DNA from: Candidatus Omnitrophota bacterium
GTDB taxonomy: Bacteria > Omnitrophota > Gorgyraeia > Duberdicusellales > 4484-171
Direction of reading: 5' to 3'
Length of the DNA: 64,000 nt
NCBI GenBank assembly: GCA_037146775.1
Contig: JBAWWL010000005.1
Span: 33,848-97,847, forward strand
The notes under the pieces are model-generated. The model was not told the DNA's origin. It saw only the letters and a list, made by a program, of their open reading frames with translations, and made no database searches. The position numbers and the translations under genes were made by a program. Of this stretch, positions 54,286 to 63,410 are shown in pieces; the stretch's first letter is position 1, and each line of letters begins with the position of its first letter.

Positions 54286-54864
54286 ATGGCTAAGGTACTT
54301 AAGGGCACCAAAACAGAGGCAAATTTGCTGAAGGCGTTCGCAGGGGAGTCTCAAGCGCGTAATAGATATACTTACTTTGCTTCCGCCGCTAAAAAAGAAG
54401 GCTATGAACAGATAGCCAATATTTTTCTTGAGACGGCCGAGAACGAAAAAGAACATGCCAAGGTATTTTTTAAACATCTCGAAGGCGGAGAGCTTGAGAT
54501 TACCGCGCGCTATCCGGCCGGAATTATCAAAGATACCAAATCCAATCTTCAAGAAGCCGCCAACGGAGAGAACGCGGAATGGACAGTTATTTATTCTGAC
54601 TTTGCCCAAGTAGCCAAGAAGGAAGGTTTTCCTGATGTGGTGCGTTCGTTTGAACAGATTGCTAAGGTAGAAAAATTTCATGAGTCACGCTATCGCAAGC
54701 TTATAAGCAACCTTACTGAAAAGGAAGTTTTTAAGAAAAAGCAGTCAGTTAAGTGGCACTGTATAAATTGCGGGTATGTTTTTGAAGGTACCGAAGCGCC
54801 AAAAGAATGTCCTGCGTGTAAGCATCCACAGGCATACTATGAAGTATTGGCGGAAAATTTCTAG
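54286..54864 (+). CDS. rbr: rubrerythrin
   Basis: Ferritin-like diiron domain (E..H repeats). C-terminal rubredoxin-like CINC...CPAC. Confidence 0.9.
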   Translation: MAKVLKGTKTEANLLKAFAGESQARNRYTYFASAAKKEGYEQIANIFLETAENEKEHAKVFFKHLEGGELEITARYPAGIIKDTKSNLQEAANGENAEWTVIYSDFAQVAKKEGFPDVVRSFEQIAKVEKFHESRYRKLISNLTEKEVFKKKQSVKWHCINCGYVFEGTEAPKECPACKHPQAYYEVLAENF

Positions 54865-54869
54865 AGCGT

Positions 54870-55295
54870 ATGAGTGCTGTTTCCGGTCAATCCGATAAAC
54901 AAAAATCGCTTTCTGCAAAGATGGCCCGCCTGGGTATACGGGAAGAAGATATTGTAGAAAAATTTGTCAACTCGTCTGGCCCGGGCGGACAGCATGTTAA
55001 TAAAACCGCCTCCTGTGTATACTTAAAACACATTCCTACAGATGTTGAGGTGAAATGCCAAACCCAGCGTTCCCAGGCCTTGAATCGTTTCTTGGCAAGG
55101 TCGCTTTTAGCGCAAAAAATCGAGCGAAAGGCGTTCTTGGCATTGGCAGGTAAACGCCAGCAGATCGAAAAAATCAAGCGGCAAAATCGCAGACGGTCTT
55201 TACGCGCTAAACGTAAGATTGCTCAAGAAAAACATGAGCGTTCCGAGAAGAAAGGTTTACGCCGCAAAATCCGCGACGTAAGTGCTCTGGAATAG
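54870..55295 (+). CDS. arfB: alternative ribosome-rescue factor ArfB (peptidyl-tRNA hydrolase, GGQ motif)
   Basis: SSGPGGQHVNKTAS. Basic C-terminal tail. Alternative start possible at 54921. Confidence 0.75.
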   Translation: MSAVSGQSDKQKSLSAKMARLGIREEDIVEKFVNSSGPGGQHVNKTASCVYLKHIPTDVEVKCQTQRSQALNRFLARSLLAQKIERKAFLALAGKRQQIEKIKRQNRRRSLRAKRKIAQEKHERSEKKGLRRKIRDVSALE

Positions 55296-55404
55296 AAATA
55301 AGGAAAAGATAGGCCAGGCAAGCATTTTTGTATCCTTGTAAAAGCAGCGCAAATATGTTATATACAAGGTGTAAAGTGTAAAAGTGACAATTTGGTATTT
55401 ACCC

Positions 55405-55490
55405 AGTGAAAAGGCAAACCAAGAGTAATCTTGGGACGCAAAGCTAAAGGTCCCGCGAGTAGCGGGAAGCCTGGCTGCCAAAGGGGAGGA
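55405..55490 (+). promoter_or_regulatory. c-di-GMP-I (GEMM) riboswitch aptamer
   Basis: GGCAAACC + 12-nt GNRA hairpin (aagaGUAAucuu) + GGGACGCAAAGC in the same order and spacing as the Vc2 aptamer. Followed by a P2-like hairpin cccgc-gagua-gcggg. Confidence 0.75.
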
Positions 55491-55491
55491 A

Positions 55492-55520
55492 AAACCTTGA
55501 GTCCGCCTCAAGGTTTTTTT
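55492..55520 (+). terminator. intrinsic terminator (riboswitch expression platform)
   Basis: aaccttgag-tccgc-ctcaaggtt followed by T7. Confidence 0.8.
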
Positions 55521-55530
55521 ATGTATAGAC

Positions 55531-55560
55531 AACCCTAAGCTTTGCTTAGGGTTTTTTTTT
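55531..55560 (+). terminator. second intrinsic terminator in tandem
   Basis: ccctaagc-tttg-gcttaggg followed by T9. Confidence 0.8.
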
Positions 55561-55587
55561 GACTATAACCCGTGGAGGGAGGCGACC

Positions 55588-55857
55588 ATGTATAGAGGTA
55601 ATGATATTCCTAGTAGATTGAGGCATCGCGTGATTACCATGCTAAACCGTGAAGAGCTGGATTTCTTGGATAAGTTGGGCAAAGACGCGCTTTTTACTAC
55701 CGGGCACAAGCTTTCTTACAATGAGATCTTAGTCGGCCTGGTTGAATTTGTCAAAGAAATCGGCCTTTCCGGAGAACGCATTGATTCGTACAATGCGCTT
55801 AAAGCAAGGATAGTTCAGCGGGTGCGCACTGTTGCGGGGAAAAACGAACATGAATAG
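55588..55857 (+). CDS. small protein with ribbon-helix-helix-like N-terminal pattern
   Basis: 89 aa. GGAGGGAGG SD. HRVITMLNREELDFLDKLGKD fits the beta-strand/helix-A pattern of CopG/RHH proteins (inference). Confidence 0.35.
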   Translation: MYRGNDIPSRLRHRVITMLNREELDFLDKLGKDALFTTGHKLSYNEILVGLVEFVKEIGLSGERIDSYNALKARIVQRVRTVAGKNEHE

Positions 55858-55894
55858 TATTGTGATATTGAATATGAACAAGAGGAGGTGCCCC

Positions 55895-56371
55895 ATGAAA
55901 AGGACAATCGTTTTCATCGCGTTAGAGCTTGTTTTGTTGTTGGTGGCAGTCAGTCTTTATGCGCAGGCTCCCGGTAAGGTCGATCCGCTTTTGTCGACGA
56001 TGCCCTCGCGAGAAGCGGGCGTGCAGCAGCCATCGATACGGATTGATGAGGAGAATATGAAGTTGATTAACAAAAATACCACTGCGTATACAGAGCCAGC
56101 AAATAAAATGGGCACCGGCATAGTCAATGTAGCTACCGGCTGGGCGGACGTGCCTAAGAAAATTTCCGACAGGTCTGCAGAACAAAATCCTTTGGCCGGG
56201 CTCACAATTGGTTTCGGAGAAGGAGTCGTAACCGGAGTGGCGCGTACTACTGCGGGCGCGCTTGACGTGGCTATGTTTAGTATACCCCCGTATGATGCGC
56301 CATTAATGGAGAGCGAATATAAAGTTAGCAATCCCAACGAGGGATTTAAGATAGATCTTTTAAGTTGGTAA
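55895..56371 (+). CDS. secreted hypothetical protein
   Basis: GAGGAGG SD. Signal peptide MKRTIVFIALELVLLLVAVSLYAQA. Gly/Thr-rich mature region. Confidence 0.4.
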   Translation: MKRTIVFIALELVLLLVAVSLYAQAPGKVDPLLSTMPSREAGVQQPSIRIDEENMKLINKNTTAYTEPANKMGTGIVNVATGWADVPKKISDRSAEQNPLAGLTIGFGEGVVTGVARTTAGALDVAMFSIPPYDAPLMESEYKVSNPNEGFKIDLLSW

Positions 56372-56380
56372 AGATATGAA

Positions 56381-56412
56381 TGGGGCTGTGATGCGACAGC
56401 CCCATTTTCTTT
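56381..56412 (+). terminator. rho-independent terminator
   Basis: tggggctgt-gatgcg-acagcccca followed by ttttctttg. Confidence 0.75.
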
Positions 56413-56500
56413 GCCATTTCCTAGCTTCCATTCCCAGTCCACTGTTTCTTATTATTTCCCTACACCTTTCCCCGGTGATATAATACTGTCATAATAAATT

Positions 56501-56896
56501 ATGGATATTGCTGTTAAAGTACAGGCTGCGGCGGAAGATAAATTTACCATTGAGTGTTCTTCCGGAGCGAAATTGCGTGTGGACAAAAGCAAAGAGGGTT
56601 CTATCCCCGAAGGCCCCAATCCGTTAGAGCTATTTCTTTCTTCTCTGGCTGCCTGTGTAGGCGTGTACGCGAAAAGATACCTAACCACGCACGCTATTTC
56701 CTTTAACGAATTAACGATTAACGCGCATGCATTGTTTTCTCAAGATTCTCCCAATCGTTTAGTGAACATACAGGTGCGCGTGCATACCGACGCTAAGCTT
56801 GACGATAAAAAAGAAGTATTCCTGCGCTTCATTCGGGGCTGTCCCGTCCACAACACAGTGATTCATACCAAAGAAGTCGACATAAATATAGCCTAA
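56501..56896 (+). CDS. OsmC/Ohr-family peroxiredoxin-like protein
   Basis: GPNPLELFLSSLAACVG and GCPVHNT motifs (two conserved Cys). Confidence 0.8.
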   Translation: MDIAVKVQAAAEDKFTIECSSGAKLRVDKSKEGSIPEGPNPLELFLSSLAACVGVYAKRYLTTHAISFNELTINAHALFSQDSPNRLVNIQVRVHTDAKLDDKKEVFLRFIRGCPVHNTVIHTKEVDINIA

Positions 56897-56912
56897 GGGC
56901 AAAGAAATTGTT

Positions 56913-58070
56913 ATGGCAGTTGACCCAATTTGTCACATGACGGTAGACGAGCACGCCGCGATAAAGGCCGTTAAGGACCAGAAAGAGTATTATTTTTGTA
57001 GCACTCATTGCCGCGACACTTTTATTAAAGAACAGCATAGTAGCCCCACAGGTTGCTGTAATAAGCAAACGTCATTTTTTAAAAATAAACTGTTTCTCGT
57101 ATCGAGCATCTCAATACTTCTCGTAGCTGCTTCTTATTTTTTTGTTGCTCTTTCGGCCTTTCGTGTCATTTTTCTGACCTATCTTAAAAGCATCTGGTGG
57201 GCGGTGCTGGCGGGATTTATTTTAGGCGGTATCATTGATTACTATGTGCCGCAGGAATATATTGTAAAAGTTCTTGCTCAAAGAAAACCACGCAGTATTG
57301 TTAATGCAGTGCTTCTGGGTTTCTTGATGAGTGCCTGTAGCCACGGTATCTTAGCTTTATCCATACAATTACATAAAAAAGGCGCATCAAATCCGGCAGT
57401 GGTAAGTTTTTTACTGGCTAGTCCTTGGGCAAATCTTACCATCACCATACTTTTGGTAAGTTTGTTTGGCATAAAGGGGTTGTTAATTATTGCCGCGACG
57501 CTTGTGGTGGCGATTAACACCGGTTTTATATTTTTATTTTTAGAAAAAGCCGGCCTTATCGAGCGGAACAAAAACACCATTGAAGTAGCCGAACATTTTT
57601 CTATTACCCGCGACATAAAAATACGCGCCAAGAATTATTCTTTTAGCAGGAAAACTCTTTTTTTCGATATACAAGGAATCTTGAGGGGCTCACGAGCTCT
57701 TTCTGATATGGTGCTGTGGTGGCTTCTCATCGGCATGTTGATTGCGAGTTTCGCCGGAGCGTATATACCCTCTCACGTCTTTCATCGGTTTATGGGGCCT
57801 ACGTTTTTAGGGCTTTTGGTTACTTTAGCTTTGGCTACCGTCATTGAGGTTTGTTCGGAAGGCTCTTCGCCGCTTGCCTTTGAAATTTATCGCAACACCG
57901 GCGCCCTGGGAAACAGTTTTGTTTTTCTTATGGCCGGGGTTGCCACTGATTATACCGAAATCGGGCTTCTGTGGACGAACGTAGGCAGGCGTACCGCGCT
58001 TTGGCTCCCGGTTGTTACTGTCCCGCAAATTATTGTTTTGGGCTATATATTCAATTTATTTATGAAATGA
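56913..58070 (+). CDS. YHS/TRASH metal-binding domain fused to a DUF318/ArsP-like permease
   Basis: DPICHMTVDE (YHS CHM motif). 8 TM helices. Cys motifs SACSHG and EVCSEGSSP. Confidence 0.55.
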   Translation: MAVDPICHMTVDEHAAIKAVKDQKEYYFCSTHCRDTFIKEQHSSPTGCCNKQTSFFKNKLFLVSSISILLVAASYFFVALSAFRVIFLTYLKSIWWAVLAGFILGGIIDYYVPQEYIVKVLAQRKPRSIVNAVLLGFLMSACSHGILALSIQLHKKGASNPAVVSFLLASPWANLTITILLVSLFGIKGLLIIAATLVVAINTGFIFLFLEKAGLIERNKNTIEVAEHFSITRDIKIRAKNYSFSRKTLFFDIQGILRGSRALSDMVLWWLLIGMLIASFAGAYIPSHVFHRFMGPTFLGLLVTLALATVIEVCSEGSSPLAFEIYRNTGALGNSFVFLMAGVATDYTEIGLLWTNVGRRTALWLPVVTVPQIIVLGYIFNLFMK

Positions 58071-58111
58071 ACCTCTCACAATATATTGCAAAATCGCTGT
58101 TAATTGTTTCA

Positions 58112-58140
58112 TTGACAAGGGTATAGAGACATGCTATACA
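58112..58140 (+). promoter_or_regulatory. sigma70-type promoter (TTGACA-17-TATACA) with embedded palindrome GTATAGagacatgcTATAC upstream of nifU
   Basis: Exact -35. 5/6 -10. 6-bp inverted arms inside the spacer. Confidence 0.4.
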
Positions 58141-58164
58141 CTTATAGAAAAGGTGGTGTAAACA

Positions 58165-59022
58165 ATGTGGGATTATTCAGAAAAGGTCAAAGAACTGTTC
58201 AAAAACCCGCGTAATGTAGGAGAAATTGAAAATCCTGAGGCAGTGGGTGAAGTGGGCAGTATTATCTGCGGAGATGCCCTTAAATTAACCCTGCGTGTCG
58301 ATAAAAAGACCGATACTATAAGCGATGCTAAATTTAAGACTTTTGGCTGCGCGAGCGCTATTGCTTCTTCGTCGGCACTTACTGAAATGATTAAGGGTAT
58401 GACTATCGAGCAGGCGGCGAAAATTACTAACCAGGATATTGCCCAATATTTGGGGGGGTTACCCGAAGAAAAAATGCATTGTTCGGTTATGGGTATGGAG
58501 GCGTTAGAGGTGGCTATTGCGAACTACCGCGGCCGAGCCATAAAGAAAGAAATGGTAGGCGAAGAAAAAATTATCTGTAAATGTTTCAGCGTAACCGATA
58601 AAAAAATAGTTAGGGCGATAAAAGAAAATAATTTACGAAGCGTCGAAGAAGTTACTAACTATACCAAGGCCGGAGGCGGGTGCGGTAAGTGTAAGCCGGA
58701 GATTGAAAAACTGCTCAAAGAATTCTGGGAGAAAGAGTCTACCAAACCGGTACCTAAAAAAATAGTTCAGAAACAAACCCTTACTAATTTGCAGAAGATT
58801 TCTCTCATTCAGGAAACTATAGAAAGAGAAATTCGTCCCAGTCTTAAAGCCGACGGTGGAGATATAGAGCTGGTGGATATAGACCACAATAAAGTATATG
58901 TAAGATTTTTGGGTACCTGCCTGGGTTGCCCGGCAACAGGAATTACTCTTAAAGCTTTAGTAGAATCAAAGCTGAAAGAATTCGTGAACGATAGTATTAT
59001 AGTAGAGGAGATGAAAAATTGA
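58165..59022 (+). CDS. nifU: NifU-type Fe-S cluster scaffold (IscU-like + BFD-like [2Fe-2S] + Nfu C-terminal domains)
   Basis: GDALKL...GCASAIASS...HCSVMG scaffold Cys. Central CKC...CGKC. C-terminal CLGCP. Confidence 0.85.
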   Translation: MWDYSEKVKELFKNPRNVGEIENPEAVGEVGSIICGDALKLTLRVDKKTDTISDAKFKTFGCASAIASSSALTEMIKGMTIEQAAKITNQDIAQYLGGLPEEKMHCSVMGMEALEVAIANYRGRAIKKEMVGEEKIICKCFSVTDKKIVRAIKENNLRSVEEVTNYTKAGGGCGKCKPEIEKLLKEFWEKESTKPVPKKIVQKQTLTNLQKISLIQETIEREIRPSLKADGGDIELVDIDHNKVYVRFLGTCLGCPATGITLKALVESKLKEFVNDSIIVEEMKN

Positions 59023-60176
59023 GGGTTACTTACGTAGACAATAACGCGACCACCGCGGTAGCGCCGGAAGTTTTTGAAGCGATGAAGCCATTCCTTACCA
59101 CACGTTATGGCAACCCCTCGAGTATGCATGCTTTCGGCGGAGAAGTGCATCATGATATCGAAGAAGCAAGGCAAAATATAGCTAATTTATTGGGAGTGTC
59201 CGACCTTTCGGAAATAATTTTCACAAGTTGCGGTACCGAAAGCGATAACACCGCTATCATGAGCACTTTAAGGTCCAACCCGGATAAGCGGCATATTATA
59301 ACCACCAAGGTGGAGCATCCGGCGATTTTAAGTTTATGCAGATATTTAGAAACTGCAGGATACCGCGTGACTTATCTAAACGTTGACGGTGAAGGGCTGA
59401 TAGATATAAATGAACTAAGATCAGCCATAGACCATGATACCGCGCTCGTTTCTGTTATGTATGCCAACAACGAAACCGGGGTAATTTTTCCCATCGAAGA
59501 GATTGCGGAAATCGCCAGAGTGCACAACGTAGTTTTTCATACCGATGCGGTACAGGCAGTAGGAAAAATTCCTTTTAAGTTAACCGAAATACCTGTAGAT
59601 TTGCTTTCTTTATCCGGCCACAAACTGCATGCGCCAAAAGGCGTGGGAGCTTTATATGTCCGGCGTGGGACAAAATTCAGCCCCTTCTTAATCGGCGGCC
59701 ATCAAGAAGGCGGCCGTAGGGGCGGAACAGAGAATGTTGCTTCAGTCGTAGGTTTAGGAAAAGCTTGCGCGTTGGCTCAGGCTCATATAATAGAAGAAAA
59801 TTCCCGGGTAAAAATTTTACGCGACAAACTGGAAAAAGAAATCTTACAAAAAATACCACATACGCGCGTAAACGGAAATAGAGAAAAAAGGCTTCCCAAT
59901 ACCACCAACATAAGCTTTGAGTTTATTGAGGGAGAGGCGATTCTGCTTATGCTTGATGAAAAGGGTATAGCCGCGTCCAGCGGTTCCGCTTGTACTTCCG
60001 GCTCGCTTACTCCTTCCCATGTGCTAAGGGGTATGGGGGTTCCCTTTACTTACCTGCAAGGGTCTATCCGTTTTAGTTTAAGCCGCTACAATACAGAAGA
60101 GGATATCGGGTATATTATGGAACATCTACCCCCAGTTATTAAGCGCTTAAGAGAAATCTCTCCTTACGGGAAATAA
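59019..60176 (+). CDS. nifS: cysteine desulfurase (class I, NifS/IscS-type)
   Basis: YVDNNATT N-terminus. SGHKLHAPKG PLP-Lys motif. SSGSACTS active-site Cys. TTG start overlapping the nifU stop. Confidence 0.85.
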   Translation: MRVTYVDNNATTAVAPEVFEAMKPFLTTRYGNPSSMHAFGGEVHHDIEEARQNIANLLGVSDLSEIIFTSCGTESDNTAIMSTLRSNPDKRHIITTKVEHPAILSLCRYLETAGYRVTYLNVDGEGLIDINELRSAIDHDTALVSVMYANNETGVIFPIEEIAEIARVHNVVFHTDAVQAVGKIPFKLTEIPVDLLSLSGHKLHAPKGVGALYVRRGTKFSPFLIGGHQEGGRRGGTENVASVVGLGKACALAQAHIIEENSRVKILRDKLEKEILQKIPHTRVNGNREKRLPNTTNISFEFIEGEAILLMLDEKGIAASSGSACTSGSLTPSHVLRGMGVPFTYLQGSIRFSLSRYNTEEDIGYIMEHLPPVIKRLREISPYGK

Positions 60177-60248
60177 ATATTCTTCCATCCTTGTTGTCTT
60201 GTCCCAGATAGTTTATTACACTAAAAAATTATTTCAAAAAAATTATAC

Positions 60249-60277
60249 TTGACAAAAAGCTTTTTAAATGTTATATC
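60249..60277 (+). promoter_or_regulatory. candidate sigma70 promoter (TTGACA-17-TATATC) upstream of second rrf2 gene
   Basis: Exact -35. Weak -10. Confidence 0.3.
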
Positions 60278-60325
60278 CTACTAAAACAATAGAAATAGTA
60301 GAGATTAAATATATGAGGAAATACA

Positions 60326-60763
60326 ATGAAATTATCCACTAAGGGTCGTTACGGAGTACGCTTGATGGCAGACTTGGCTCTTCATTTTGGTCAAAAACCG
60401 GTCTTACTAAAAGATATTGCCCAGCGGCAGGATATTTCGGAAAAATACCTTTGGCAGTTAATCCCACCGCTTAAAGTCGCTGGGCTTGTAAGCTCGACAC
60501 GTGGGGTGCATGGCGGATACAAACTTGCCAAATCCCCAGCCCAGATAACCCTGAAAGACATTGTGCTCGTATTGGAAAAGCCGATATGTTTTGCTGAATG
60601 TGTAAACGCCCCATCCCTCTGTAATCGTGCAAGTAACTGTACTTTTAGGGAGATATGGGAAGAAATAACACAAAGCACGCTTTCAATCTTGGAGTCATTT
60701 ACTTTGGAAAAAATAATCGATAAGCACCAGCGAAAAACTAAGGTTGCCACGTACCATATTTAA
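60326..60763 (+). CDS. Rrf2-family transcriptional regulator (CymR/IscR-like) with Cys cluster
   Basis: wHTH N-terminus (GRYGVRLMADLAL). PICFAECVNAPSLCNRASNC Cys motif. Confidence 0.75.
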   Translation: MKLSTKGRYGVRLMADLALHFGQKPVLLKDIAQRQDISEKYLWQLIPPLKVAGLVSSTRGVHGGYKLAKSPAQITLKDIVLVLEKPICFAECVNAPSLCNRASNCTFREIWEEITQSTLSILESFTLEKIIDKHQRKTKVATYHI

Positions 60764-60768
60764 GAACA

Positions 60769-60972
60769 ATGGAGAATAAAATGGCTTACCAAAAAGATAA
60801 AAAGAATATTGTAAACGATGCTATTGTCAAAGATATTAGCGATGCGATACATAATTTAAAATATGGAACAGTGACTATAATGGTACATAATTCGAGAATA
60901 GTCCAGGCTGAGGTTACGGAAAAAAAACGTTTTGACGATATTTGGTTGGTAGAGGGAGGGGGTGGTATATAG
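60769..60972 (+). CDS. DUF2292/YezD-family small protein
   Basis: LKYGTVTIMVHNSRIVQAEVTEKKRF matches the YezD core (GSV.I..HD.RVVQIE..EK.R). Confidence 0.5.
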   Translation: MENKMAYQKDKKNIVNDAIVKDISDAIHNLKYGTVTIMVHNSRIVQAEVTEKKRFDDIWLVEGGGGI

Positions 60973-61099
60973 CACTAAAGAAAGTCGAAAATGTTTCAAC
61001 CGGACCGACCGGACAGTTTTTATTATTAAAATATTAATAGCAAGTATTACCGGTTAACTGGATAGCCTTGCTCATGTGTTTGATCTAGGAGGCTATCCA

Positions 61100-61945
61100 A
61101 TGAAAAAAATTTTACTGACACTTTTAATTTCCGGTTATCTGATAAATAACCCAGCTCTTTCTTATGCAGGTGTACCTTTGAATAATCTTGAGGGCGTGGG
61201 AGGGATAGCTTTTAATCCTCTGGCGTATACTGCAGGAACTGATTTTGACACAGACCCCGCAGCCCAAGAGCAGAAGTTTTCACCCAAAAGCTTGATCAAA
61301 AAACCACAGTTTGGTGCTTGGTATGTTAATCTGGATAAGGTTGATGTTGACTGGACAAGCTTTGGTTTTGCCGACACTTTTTTCAAACGTTTAGAGCTTT
61401 CGTATGGTTACGAAACCATTGCGCCTAACGGCAAGAATATTCATAAAAACAATCTTGGTGCCAAACTATTGTTAATTAAAGAAAATTATCAAGATTTGAA
61501 GTTTATCCCGGCTCTTTCTGTTGGTGCTGTTTGGAAGAACGCCTCGAATGTGGCAGTTGGTATCCATGATTCCGGATCAGATTTCTATCTGGTTACGACG
61601 AAGTTAATAAACGAACTTCCCAAACCAGTACTGTTATCTGCCGGAATAATTTCTACCAAAGGCCGTGTAACAGGGGTGTATGGGTTTGACAAAGACAGGA
61701 ATGAAACATTCTTTGGTAACATCGATATATTACCACTTAAAAACGTTGCAGTTGGTTTTGAATATAAACAAGGAGCCCGCTTTAAAGATTTTAAGAATGA
61801 CAATTACTGGGATGCTCATGTTGCCTGGTTTGTTAATAAGAATATTTCTTTGGTGGCAGCTTATGTTGATGCCGGAAATCATAAATCTGTTAGCAAAACA
61901 GGCCTGGGCAACGGTTTTACCGTAAGTGCCCAGTATGCTTTTTGA
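61100..61945 (+). CDS. outer-membrane beta-barrel (porin-like) protein
   Basis: GGAGG SD + ATG at 61100. Signal peptide MKKILLTLLISGYLINNPALSYA. Alternating amphipathic strands. C-terminal AQYAF. Confidence 0.45.
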   Translation: MKKILLTLLISGYLINNPALSYAGVPLNNLEGVGGIAFNPLAYTAGTDFDTDPAAQEQKFSPKSLIKKPQFGAWYVNLDKVDVDWTSFGFADTFFKRLELSYGYETIAPNGKNIHKNNLGAKLLLIKENYQDLKFIPALSVGAVWKNASNVAVGIHDSGSDFYLVTTKLINELPKPVLLSAGIISTKGRVTGVYGFDKDRNETFFGNIDILPLKNVAVGFEYKQGARFKDFKNDNYWDAHVAWFVNKNISLVAAYVDAGNHKSVSKTGLGNGFTVSAQYAF

Positions 61946-61954
61946 TAACAATAT

Positions 61955-61990
61955 GGCTGGGCAATAAAATTATTGCCCAGCCCCGTCTTT
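61955..61990 (+). terminator. hairpin (possible weak terminator) after porin gene
   Basis: ggctgggcaata-aaat-tattgcccagcc followed by ccgtcttt (interrupted T-run). Confidence 0.35.
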
Positions 61991-61992
61991 AA

Positions 61993-63303
<1,311 letters not shown>

Positions 63304-63360
63304 GTCAGAAGACAGACGTCAGAAAACAGAAGTCAGATGACAGAAGTCAGACGTCAGAAA
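63304..63360. repeat. tandem heptanucleotide repeat array, locus E
   Basis: gtcagaa gacagac gtcagaa aacagaa gtcagat gacagaa gtcagac gtcagaa, between metY and cysK. Confidence 0.8.
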
Positions 63361-63410
63361 AATCTGATTTCTAATTCATAAGATTAGTATAATAAGAAGG
63401 AGAGGAATTT

